Shown piece by piece: positions 49,470 to 58,458 of a DNA stretch of 64,000 nt; the first letter of the stretch is position 1; each line of letters begins with the position of its first letter. The notes beneath the pieces were generated by a model. That model saw only the letters and a program-made list of their open reading frames with translations. It did no database searches and was not told the origin of the DNA. Source of the stretch: an uncultured Bacilli bacterium (GTDB taxonomy: Bacteria > Bacillota_I > Bacilli_A > RFN20 > CAG-449); the NCBI GenBank assembly GCA_944332075.1, contig CALVJL010000001.1, positions 217,620 through 281,619 of the forward strand, given 5' to 3'. The position numbers and the translations under genes are program-made.

Positions 49470-49483
49470 TGAAAGCGTTTTCA
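49470..49483. promoter_or_regulatory. cre/LacI-type operator palindrome
   Basis: TGAAAGCGTTTTCA, adjacent to a minus-strand TATAAT (49461-49466). Confidence 0.75.
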
Positions 49484-49797
49484 ATTTATATAGGTGGCAA
49501 TTTAATTGAAAAAATATCTCAAAATCTATCAATTTTTGTCAAAAATAATCATAAATAATCAAATTACATATAAATTTCTAATTTTTTATAGTCATACCAT
49601 AAATTTTATATTTACTGGTAAAATAATTATTTTAAATTTGTATTTTTCTTCAATTTATATAAAAGAATCTATTATTTATTAACAATATTCATTAGTTTTT
49701 ATAGTTTGCCTATTGTTTAGATTAGCATATTCAATTAGAATAGGTGATGGACAGTTGACCACTGCGAGCTTTTACTATTAAAAGGATTTAACAAAAA

Positions 49798-50676
49798 ATG
49801 AAAAAAATAAATAAAGTATTAATTCCGTGCGCTGGACTCGGAACGAGGTTTTTACCGGCGACAAAATCATTACCGAAAGAAATGTTTCCGATTATCGATA
49901 CTCCAACGCTTCAATATATTGTTGATGAAGCCAATAAAAGCGGCATTGATGAAATTGGTATTATCATTAGCCAAGCTAAGCCGATGATCCAATCGCATTT
50001 TACAGTTAATGAAGAACTTGAGCAAAGATTACGCGCTTTAAATAAAAATGAAGAAGCTGATTTAATCCATAGCATCGCTAAAATGGCTAAGATTACTTTT
50101 ATTAATCAACCAGAGCCTAAAGGCTTAGGACATGCTATTCTCTGCGCGGAAGAGTTTATCAACGGAGAAGATTTCGCCATCATGCTCGGCGATGATTTAA
50201 TCATGAATTTTGATGATGAAAATAATCCGGTTATGAAACAGCTCGTTTCCGCTTATGAAAAATATGATGCTTCAGTGTTAGGCGTTCAAGAAGTACCTCT
50301 TGAAGATGTATCTAAATACGGAATTATTAAGGTTAATAAAGAAGATGGCCGTTATTTAGAAATGTCCGGTATGGTAGAAAAGCCTAAGAAAGAAGTAACT
50401 CCGTCTAGATATGCTGTTTTAGGCAGATATGTCTTAAAAAATGAAATCTTTGATTATTTAAGAAAAGTTACACCAAATAAAAACGGAGAAATTGGATTAA
50501 CCGAAGGAATTGATCTTCTTTTAAGAGATGAAAAAGTCTACGCCTATAACTTTATTGGTACGCGTTATGATATCGGTAATAAATTCGGTTATGTCAAAGC
50601 GACAATCGACTTTGCCTTAAGACGCGATGATTTAAAAGATAAAGTAAAAGAGTATTTAAAAAAGATTGGTTATTAG
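49798..50676 (+). CDS. galU: UTP-glucose-1-phosphate uridylyltransferase
   Basis: AGLGTRFLPATKSLPKEMFPI, QPEPKGLGHAI, MVEKP, RYDIGNK. Confidence 0.96.
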   Translation: MKKINKVLIPCAGLGTRFLPATKSLPKEMFPIIDTPTLQYIVDEANKSGIDEIGIIISQAKPMIQSHFTVNEELEQRLRALNKNEEADLIHSIAKMAKITFINQPEPKGLGHAILCAEEFINGEDFAIMLGDDLIMNFDDENNPVMKQLVSAYEKYDASVLGVQEVPLEDVSKYGIIKVNKEDGRYLEMSGMVEKPKKEVTPSRYAVLGRYVLKNEIFDYLRKVTPNKNGEIGLTEGIDLLLRDEKVYAYNFIGTRYDIGNKFGYVKATIDFALRRDDLKDKVKEYLKKIGY

Positions 50677-50685
50677 CCAATCTTT

Positions 50686-52740
50686 TTATTTGCCTTTTAA
50701 TTCTAAGCAAGCATCAATCTGAGCTAAGATTTTTGGATTAAATTCATAATCGCGCGCTTCTTCTAACGCTTTAAATAGCTTTTCATCGGAAATATATTGT
50801 TCAACATCAATATTCCCTAATGCTTGAACAGCGATAGTTCTTATCATCGCCGATTCGCTATTGAGTAACAGATGGAATAAGGCTGGATAATAAGTTTTAC
50901 TTTCATTAATATACATCACAATAGTCAAGATATTATAAAAATACCGCGGAGGATAGATAATGTTAATTTCAATTGGCACTATCTCTTTATCAGGTAAACT
51001 ATCGTTATAAATCTTAATTAATTCATCTTTATCAATAGATGATTTAACAGTTAATAATACACTTAAGAGAAGATAGTTCTTTTGAGGATTTTTTAAATAA
51101 AATGATTTTAATAATTCAACTGGATAATATTCATAATCGAGTAATAATTCGTCAATTGGGAAAGAAATAGTCTTATTATGCAATAGATAATTATCAATTT
51201 TTTTCTTAACGACTTTCTCTGGGTAATTATTTCCTAATTCGTCCGCTAAATCATATGGAGTCTTATTTTCTGTTAAAGAATCAACTCTGCTTAACCAAGC
51301 TAGTTGCTCGAGATTATCAGAATATCCCGCGTCCATAATCGTCAATAAGTTATCAGTAACAACATTATCTAAATCTTCCGGATGGAAAATTAAATAATGG
51401 GTAATCAAAACTCTTAAAGCGTTGTAGGTATCATGGTTTTCTTTAAAGTCGATTGAACCGTTGATAATAGAAACGCTATAAGTATTAAGCAGTTCTTTAA
51501 AGTTATAATTGTTTAAAATAATCTCGCTAAGAGGATAACTGAACTCTTGATATTTTAAATAGACTTTATAGAAATACTTTAAATGCTCTGGAAATCCCCC
51601 ATCAAGCGAATCGATAAAGTCAAAAGCTGCTTCAGGATTGTTGCTCTTTAAACAATGGATAAAGGCTCTTTCCATTATATTAGTTCTGAGCAGAGCCCGA
51701 TAAGAATAACGTCTAGTCGCATCTTTTTCCATATGTAACAAGTCAATAATTAAATAATCGCGATAATCATTGTTCTGATATAAGTCTTTTTGAGCGAATA
51801 ATCCTAATCCGATATTATTAATAATATAGCAGGTTGAAAGCGAAGCAAATAAACAAGCTAAAGTTCTTTTGCTCATCGCTAGAGTATTATTTTGATATAA
51901 ATAGTAATAACTATTAATAACATCATCAGTTACAGAATAAATAACATCGGCATCAAACTTTTCAGCAGTATAACCGATTCTAATAAAACGGAGCATCTGA
52001 TCAAAAGTTATATAAGCATGCTTATTTTGTTTAATTGTTTCAATAAAGTAGTTATGGACTTCATCTTTAGTCATTTCTAAAGAATTATCTAATAGATATT
52101 TTTTTGAGAAGGCTAACGCGCATAACGCGGCAAAGTCATTTTTATATAAAGTTGATAAAGTTAGATGTTTATGCTTATGGCAAACTCTCTTTTTGTATTC
52201 CATATAGGCTTTAAAGATAAAAACTGGAATCAAGCCTTCAGAAATAACGTATGGACGGAAAGCTGGAGAATAAAAGGTTCTAGTTAAAACGACATCCCCG
52301 GTAAAATCAAACTCTTCGTCAGTCAAAGAAAAATAAGTTTCATCGTTTAAATCATAATGAACATTAACTAATATTTTCTTAGCTAGTTCTACCTTATTTT
52401 TAAATAAAGCTTTATTTAAATTATGCAAAACCCGTTCGGCAAATAAAATTTCTTCAACGCGTTCTGCACGGGTAATCAAAGCTGTGCAATAATTAAAAAT
52501 TATTTTTTTAAACTCACGGCTTTCTTTTTGAGTGAAGGTCATATCTCTAGCTAAAAACAAAAGGTTATAATCATTTAAAGATGCTAATCTTTCATCAGTC
52601 AAAGTCTTATTTAAAAGTTCTGTTTTTATTTCTTTACTCAATAGATGGTTGCTTTGATGATGAGTTGCAAAATATTTTTTAAGCAAATGATCGAGATTTT
52701 GATTGTCTAGAGTTAAGATGTATTTATTAAAGATATCCAT
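50686..52740 (-). CDS. Hypothetical helical protein
   Basis: 684-aa ORF; HEAT-like C-terminal segment; no family recognised. Confidence 0.7.
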   Translation of the reverse strand: MDIFNKYILTLDNQNLDHLLKKYFATHHQSNHLLSKEIKTELLNKTLTDERLASLNDYNLLFLARDMTFTQKESREFKKIIFNYCTALITRAERVEEILFAERVLHNLNKALFKNKVELAKKILVNVHYDLNDETYFSLTDEEFDFTGDVVLTRTFYSPAFRPYVISEGLIPVFIFKAYMEYKKRVCHKHKHLTLSTLYKNDFAALCALAFSKKYLLDNSLEMTKDEVHNYFIETIKQNKHAYITFDQMLRFIRIGYTAEKFDADVIYSVTDDVINSYYYLYQNNTLAMSKRTLACLFASLSTCYIINNIGLGLFAQKDLYQNNDYRDYLIIDLLHMEKDATRRYSYRALLRTNIMERAFIHCLKSNNPEAAFDFIDSLDGGFPEHLKYFYKVYLKYQEFSYPLSEIILNNYNFKELLNTYSVSIINGSIDFKENHDTYNALRVLITHYLIFHPEDLDNVVTDNLLTIMDAGYSDNLEQLAWLSRVDSLTENKTPYDLADELGNNYPEKVVKKKIDNYLLHNKTISFPIDELLLDYEYYPVELLKSFYLKNPQKNYLLLSVLLTVKSSIDKDELIKIYNDSLPDKEIVPIEINIIYPPRYFYNILTIVMYINESKTYYPALFHLLLNSESAMIRTIAVQALGNIDVEQYISDEKLFKALEEARDYEFNPKILAQIDACLELKGK

Positions 52741-52838
52741 TTATGTCTCCTAATAGTAAAACTTTATCAAATCGTCATTACAACTATTAATTTACTACAA
52801 GTTAAATATAAACTAATAGAAGAAAATAAAATACATAA

Positions 52839-52870
52839 AAAAATGCAATAATCTCGCGACTATTGCATTA
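52839..52870 (-). terminator. Intrinsic terminator
   Basis: Minus strand AATGCAATAG-loop-TTATTGCATT followed by T-tract. Confidence 0.7.
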
Positions 52871-52885
52871 CTAATTTCACTAAAA

Positions 52886-53671
52886 TTATAATTTATCAAT
52901 GATATCTTTACGCTTAGCAGCGTATTCTTCATCATCGATTAAGCCTTTTTCGTGTAAGTCTTTAATCTTAGCTAATTTTTCTTCAACTGTGGCTTTTTCT
53001 TCTTTTGGTTCAGGTAATGGCTTATCCTCTTTTTCTTCTGGTTTAGCTGGATTCTCTGGAGCAAATACCTTTTTAAAATCAACATCATATAATTCAACAT
53101 AAGCTGCCCCGACAAGAGTGGTTATAATCATGAAGACTAAGAAAGCAACTGTAAATCCTGATGCAGTAGAGCAAATCATAATCAATGTGACGAATAATAA
53201 GATAAATCCAACTCCCGCGATAATTTTTTCAATCATTGGTTTATCCCATTTCTTCAGCATTAATCCAAAAGCAACTGCGCCTATAACTTCAAAGACCATC
53301 AACGGGATTGCTGTCCCGCCTAAATCAATTGATCCAATTGTTGAGAAATGGATAATGACTATCAGTTGTTCAACAAATAAAACTGCTAGATACACGCCTA
53401 GTAATAAGCAAGCGAGTTTAATATCATGTTTTTCTTTAACTTCTTTTTCTTTTATTAATTGCACGAGCATTTTAATAGAAAAAACAAGAACAACTACGCT
53501 TAAAGCTAATTCTAATAGCCAAGCAACAAAGCTGCTCCAAGTTAATTCCATATAGTCAAATAAGTCAATAACATCCCCAATACTTACTAAACTACTAATG
53601 AATAACATGAAAAAAGTAAGAGTTAATAAGCCAAAAAAGGCTATAGCTAATGATTTAGAAAGCTTTTTCAT
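52886..53671 (-). CDS. Membrane protein with C-terminal SHOCT domain
   Basis: About seven TMs, then EEKLAKIKDLHEKGLIDDEEYAAKRKDII. Confidence 0.85.
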   Translation of the reverse strand: MKKLSKSLAIAFFGLLTLTFFMLFISSLVSIGDVIDLFDYMELTWSSFVAWLLELALSVVVLVFSIKMLVQLIKEKEVKEKHDIKLACLLLGVYLAVLFVEQLIVIIHFSTIGSIDLGGTAIPLMVFEVIGAVAFGLMLKKWDKPMIEKIIAGVGFILLFVTLIMICSTASGFTVAFLVFMIITTLVGAAYVELYDVDFKKVFAPENPAKPEEKEDKPLPEPKEEKATVEEKLAKIKDLHEKGLIDDEEYAAKRKDIIDKL

Positions 53672-53765
53672 TTTGTGTCCCTCTCTTTTATTTAATTTTA
53701 TTTTAAATTATTTATTGAAAATTTTCAATATCGCAGTTTAGCGGCGATTAGTTATCATTAATATT

Positions 53766-54214
53766 TCACTTTTTACTTTTCCATAAAGTATAAAGAATAT
53801 CTTTTAAAACAAGCATGGCATCTAAATCATTAAACTTATATTCTAATTTCAAATCATCAAGTAGCTTATTTATTCTTAATGCATATTTTCAATATCTATT
53901 TGCTTTTGATATTCACCTAAAATTGGGTATTTTTTACTCCAAGCTTTAGTCCAATCAATTTTATTAATTAGATTATCATTTGTATTATTAATAATATTTT
54001 GTATTTCAATATATTCTTTATCGTAATCATATAGTTCATCAATAGAAACATTATAAAGATTTGCAAGATCTTTAAACTGACAAATATTGGGAAGAGTCTC
54101 ATCGCTTTCACATTTAGAAATAGTCTGACGAGAAATATTTAATTTTTCTGCAACCTATTCTTGTGATACACCAGCTTTTTTTCTTGCAGAAAATAAGCTT
54201 TGTCCAATTTTCAT
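53766..54214 (-). pseudogene. XRE-family regulator pseudogene
   Basis: MKIGQSLFSARKKAGVSQE*VAEKLNISRQTISK...IDWTKAWSKKYPIL; TAG at 54155-54157 and a 1-nt frameshift near 53888. Confidence 0.85.
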
Positions 54215-54423
54215 AATTAGAAACAGAATCATCAGAAGATCTTTTTACCAATGATGATTTGATTCTTTTTGGTGAAATAGATATTTAATATTACATAGAT
54301 TTCTTAATCTATAACTAATTAATTGATAAGTATAATAATTAAGTAAAATCATAATAAAAAATACTTAAAATAGTTTATATTTAACAATTTTAATTTTAGT
54401 ATCAAAATAAAATAATAGTCATA

Positions 54424-54452
54424 TTGACACTAAAAAAATTTTTTTATAAAAT
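54424..54452 (+). promoter_or_regulatory. Sigma-A promoter of the kinase operon
   Basis: TTGACA-17 nt-TAAAAT. Confidence 0.75.
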
Positions 54453-54471
54453 ATTTTAAGGTGATACAATA

Positions 54472-55329
54472 ATGAAAGATTTTTCTAAATATAACATAGA
54501 TTTAGATGTATTTTATTCTGGTGCAGAACGTAAAAATCAAATTACTATCAACGATAATAGGTACATAATAAAATATCAAAAGAACTCAGAAATCGGACTT
54601 ATTTATAATCATGTCAGCGAATATTTAGGAAGTCACATATTTGACCTTTTAGGCATTCCGGTCCAGGATACCCGCCTTGGAACATATGCTGGTGAAAATG
54701 TTGTTATAGTCAGAAATTTCTGTGAAGAAGGCGAAGTTCTTGTGCATTTCAACGATATCGGAGAAAGTTCTTTAGAAGAGGATAAAGAACTATTTCAATA
54801 CTCCTATGACGATATTCAAAAGATGTTAGAAGAAAACAGAAAGCTAACCCGAGTTCAAGAAACAATAGAAAGATTTTGGGATATGTTTATTGTTGACGCT
54901 TTAAATGGTAACTTTGATAGACATGGAGGAAACTGGGGATTTATTAAAAAAGATAATAAGTATTCAATGGCTCCTGTTTATGATAATGGATCAAGTATGT
55001 ATCCAAGAATCAATACCGATGAAAGAATATTAGAAATATTAAACAATCAAGAAGAGATTGATAGACGAATTTATCAATTTCCGACATCACATATAAAGCT
55101 TAACGGTAGGAAAAGTTCATATTATGAAGTAATAAATAGTTTACAGTTTGAAGAATGCAATAAGGCATTAAAAAAAATTGTTCCAAAAATTGATTTCGAA
55201 AAAATTGATAAATTAATCGATTCTATAGAAAGCATCAGCGATATAAGAAAGAAATTTTATAAAACGATGTACCATTATCGTTATGAAAAAATACTAAAAT
55301 TAGCTTTAGATAAATTAAAAGGCAGGTGA
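54472..55329 (+). CDS. HipA-superfamily (CtkA-like) kinase
   Basis: YSGAERK loop, YIIKY, SEYLGSHIF, NFDRHGGNWG, APVYDNGSS. Confidence 0.85.
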   Translation: MKDFSKYNIDLDVFYSGAERKNQITINDNRYIIKYQKNSEIGLIYNHVSEYLGSHIFDLLGIPVQDTRLGTYAGENVVIVRNFCEEGEVLVHFNDIGESSLEEDKELFQYSYDDIQKMLEENRKLTRVQETIERFWDMFIVDALNGNFDRHGGNWGFIKKDNKYSMAPVYDNGSSMYPRINTDERILEILNNQEEIDRRIYQFPTSHIKLNGRKSSYYEVINSLQFEECNKALKKIVPKIDFEKIDKLIDSIESISDIRKKFYKTMYHYRYEKILKLALDKLKGR

Positions 55330-55333
55330 TAAT

Positions 55334-56218
55334 ATGCAGCATAATGAATATAATACGCCGATAAATATGCGTCCATATTTTAGAAATATTGGTCTCATAA
55401 AAGTCTATGATAGAGATAATAATACTTACTTAGTTGGTGAGATAGTTTTTGAAAGATTTGATGATCAGAATTATCAATACATCATTAAGCCGTATTGGAA
55501 CTGTATTGATAGTCTGCCTAAGGGATTATTTCAAGGAATTCCAGGGATTAACATGGACTTACGTAAAGAAGCTTATTACCGCGTTAATATGACACCGAGT
55601 TTTATTAGCATGCGTACTCCGAGTCAATCTAGAGAAGATGTTGACAATTTGATGAAATCTGTCGGCCTTGATTATTATGATAGATTTGAATGGTTATTAA
55701 GAAGCGAAATAAAATGCGGTGATGATAATCTTTTAGTCGTGAGAAAATCTTCAAAACCTCAGACAATCAAAGGCTTTGAAAATATCGCTGAATATAACCT
55801 TTCTCCAGATGATATTTTATCAATAGATAGTTTAAGCGATTTTCAAGCAACTAATGCAAGTATAGTTAGAAAAATTTATCAACTATTGCAGTCGTGGGTC
55901 AATATTTATATTGAAAGCGAGAATAGATATTTGCAAGATAATGAAAGAAAAGCAATGCTATATTTATTAAGAAATATACTTGTCATTATGGATAGAAACA
56001 TTAAAACCAACCGCGAAAATGGACGGGAGCAAGCAAAAGCTTTAAAACATTATCGCGGCAGAAAACCAATAAAGGTAGATTATCATCAGTTAAAACAGAT
56101 TCTCTATGAATTTGAGAATAATTTAATTTCTGAACAAGAAGCAATGCATAGGCTATCAATTAATTCAAGATCAACATTTTATAGAAAACTAAAGCTAGTA
56201 CGTAATAATTGCTTGTAA
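55334..56218 (+). CDS. Putative antitoxin/regulator: HipS-like N-terminus fused to a degenerate serine-resolvase body and HTH
   Basis: FISMRTPSQSRED...GLDYYDRFEWL; DDILSIDSLSDF in place of GDTLVV.KLDRLGR; AKALKHYRGRKP; SRSTFYRKLK. Confidence 0.6.
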   Translation: MQHNEYNTPINMRPYFRNIGLIKVYDRDNNTYLVGEIVFERFDDQNYQYIIKPYWNCIDSLPKGLFQGIPGINMDLRKEAYYRVNMTPSFISMRTPSQSREDVDNLMKSVGLDYYDRFEWLLRSEIKCGDDNLLVVRKSSKPQTIKGFENIAEYNLSPDDILSIDSLSDFQATNASIVRKIYQLLQSWVNIYIESENRYLQDNERKAMLYLLRNILVIMDRNIKTNRENGREQAKALKHYRGRKPIKVDYHQLKQILYEFENNLISEQEAMHRLSINSRSTFYRKLKLVRNNCL

Positions 56219-56387
56219 ATAAAAATGTATAACCTTTTTTCTTAAAATACTCAATAATAATTATAAATGTTATTAATGACTTATTATTTTATCCATATAT
56301 TAAAAGGTTTAATCAATTTAGTTTTTATTAATTTTGCTCATTATATTTGACATAAATAAAACAAGATTTACCTTAGTCATTTTGCTA

Positions 56388-56753
56388 TTAATCACCGTTA
56401 TGTTCAATCTTTTTCCATTTAACTTTTTTAAATAACGCAATCAAGGATAATGGAACATAGATAAAGCAAGAAAATGGGAAGAAGAAACAAGCCAAGAACT
56501 GATAAGACACCTTGCAGTCAACTTTTTTATAAGTAACAAAGAAAGTACATAATCCTGAGATAAAGGAAACGATAAAATATACCCCAATAAATGAATAGGT
56601 ACATCTTAAGATATTCATCCATCCTTCAAAATTACTAACGTTATGCAAGGCAAAAGCATCAATGCCAAATAAAACACTTTCGAATGAAACGATTAAGTTT
56701 TTAAAAACAAAAGAATATTCAACCCAAATAAATAATTTTATATCTATATACAA
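56388..56753 (-). pseudogene. C-terminal fragment of a GT2 membrane glycosyltransferase
   Basis: TM helices ending in IALFKKVKWKKIEH, typical of GT2 C-termini; no catalytic domain upstream. Confidence 0.5.
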
Positions 56754-56803
56754 AATCTGTCTTTGAGAAGCTACATATAAACTAATGTATTTTTAGTAAA
56801 AGA

Positions 56804-56906
56804 TATACCTTATAGGGTATAAATTATTTGATTATACATATTAAACACCCGATAGGGTATAAATATAACTATAAGCATTGACAAGAACCCCGAACGGGTA
56901 TAAAAT
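56804..56906 (+). promoter_or_regulatory. hipB promoter with three palindromic operator repeats
   Basis: CCY-N4-GGGTATAAA with GGGTAT at 56815, 56855 and 56896; TTGACA(56878)-17 nt-TAAAAT(56901). Confidence 0.8.
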
Positions 56907-56913
56907 TTAGTAT

Positions 56914-57120
56914 ATGAATGTAATTGCCGACTATGTAAAAAAGAATAGAAAAAAACTTGGTCTTACCCAAAAAGAATTTGCTACACGCGCAGGATTAGGT
57001 CTTCGCTTTGTACGCGAACTTGAAGAGGGCAAGAAGACTTTACGTCTTGACAAGGTCAATCAGGCGCTTGCCATGTTTGGTATGGAAGCAATTCCTGGGA
57101 GGATAGAACATGACGAATGA
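56914..57120 (+). CDS. hipB: HipB-like (Y4mF-type) HTH protein
   Basis: RKKLGLTQKEFATRAGLGLRFVRELEEGKKTLRLDKVNQAL. Confidence 0.85.
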   Translation: MNVIADYVKKNRKKLGLTQKEFATRAGLGLRFVRELEEGKKTLRLDKVNQALAMFGMEAIPGRIEHDE

Positions 57121-57445
57121 AAACTTCCGCATGGCTTATGTCTATGTTCGCAAAACCTTTGCAGGTATATTAAAGGAGACTGACGAAGGTTATTCATTTC
57201 AATATGATAACGACTATGCTTCAGATTCTTCCAATGCTCCTGTCAGCCTCACTCTTCCTCTACAAAAAGAAGAATACACATCGAAATGGCTTTTTCCATT
57301 CTTTGACGGACTTATCCCCGAAGGTTGGCTTTTAGACATAGTAACGCATAACTGGAAACTTGATTACCGTGACAGATTCGGTATTTTATTGGTTGCTTGT
57401 AAAGACGCAATAGGTGCAGTCAGCATAAGGAGTGAAAAGAAATGA
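57110..57445 (+). CDS. hipS: Stand-alone HipA N-terminal domain (HipS-like)
   Basis: YSFQYD, PVSLTLP, FPFFDGLIPEGW, DAIGAVS. Confidence 0.85.
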   Translation: MTNENFRMAYVYVRKTFAGILKETDEGYSFQYDNDYASDSSNAPVSLTLPLQKEEYTSKWLFPFFDGLIPEGWLLDIVTHNWKLDYRDRFGILLVACKDAIGAVSIRSEKK

Positions 57446-58392
57446 AATGCTTATGTTGCAACAAAATTATAGCCGATAACGCTTCCGACAATGAAAAAAT
57501 CAATGATTGGCATACTAAGTGCGTCAAACAATTTTTTGGAACTTCAAAATTCCCGATGATAGATATTTCAAGCAAAAATCTTGTAGAAATTGCAAGAGAA
57601 AGTACAAATAAAGGTTTTACTGTTCCTGGTGTACAGAAGAAACTATCTCTCCACTTTGAAGGTGGAGCTAAGCCAAGACTCACTTTGTCAAACTATCCTA
57701 CAGGTTATATACTTAAACCGCAGACTGAAGAATACAAAGCTCTGCCAGAAGCTGAATTTTTAGTAATGAGCATGGCGAAAATTACGGGCATTAAAACAGT
57801 ATTGTTCGCACTTGTAAAACTTGACAATGGCTATGCCTATATAACCAAAAGAATTGATCGAGAAGGCGAAAATATGCTTGCTATGGAAGACTTCTGCCAG
57901 CTTGATGAAAGACTAACCCAAGACAAATACAAAGGCTCTTATGAGCGTTGCGCAAAACTAATAGATAGATATTCCGAGCAAAGAGGTTTTGATATGTCTG
58001 AACTCTTCTTGCGACTTGTATTCAGCTTTGTTGTAGGCAATTCTGATATGCATTTGAAAAACTTTTCGCTAATTGAAGATGGTGCAGGCAGTCAGAAATA
58101 TATGCTTTCATCTGCATACGATTTGTTACCTGTCAATGCCATACTGCCCGAAGATGACGAGCAGTTTGCTCTTACCATTAACGGCAAAAAGCGCAATATT
58201 CACAAAAAAGATTTTCTTTTATTCGCTGAAAATGTTGGCATACCTGCTTTAGCAGCAAAAAAAATCATAGCCGATATAGTATCCCTTGAAGATACTTATA
58301 TCTCAATGTGTAAAGATAGCTATCTGCCTGAACATTTAAAAGCAGCTTTGATTGATATAATTACATCACGTACGAGCGTTTTGCGGAGCTGA
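57442..58392 (+). CDS. hipT: HipA C-terminal kinase toxin (HipT-like)
   Basis: TVPGVQKKLSL, YILKP, EDFCQL, GNSDMHLKNFS, SAYDLL; N-terminal CxxC...HxxC. Confidence 0.85.
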   Translation: MKCLCCNKIIADNASDNEKINDWHTKCVKQFFGTSKFPMIDISSKNLVEIARESTNKGFTVPGVQKKLSLHFEGGAKPRLTLSNYPTGYILKPQTEEYKALPEAEFLVMSMAKITGIKTVLFALVKLDNGYAYITKRIDREGENMLAMEDFCQLDERLTQDKYKGSYERCAKLIDRYSEQRGFDMSELFLRLVFSFVVGNSDMHLKNFSLIEDGAGSQKYMLSSAYDLLPVNAILPEDDEQFALTINGKKRNIHKKDFLLFAENVGIPALAAKKIIADIVSLEDTYISMCKDSYLPEHLKAALIDIITSRTSVLRS

Positions 58393-58458
58393 GCATCCAA
58401 TTAATGTCTTATTATAAAATTATTTTTTTACAAAAGCTCTCATAAAAGATGACTATGT

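Noticed and set aside
49738-49790. GC-richer patch GGTGATGGACAGTTGACCACTGCG upstream of galU resembling a fluoride riboswitch 5' end
   Set aside because: The 3' GCTGATGAC element and pseudoknot pairing are not present, and the downstream gene does not fit.
55334-56218. Active site-specific recombinase mobilising the island
   Set aside because: The catalytic Ser motif and DRLGR arginines are absent, so only a degenerate domain is supported.
56804-56906. Three evenly spaced repeats as a mini CRISPR array
   Set aside because: Repeat cores are too short and degenerate, they overlap a promoter, and no cas genes are present; operator sites fit better.
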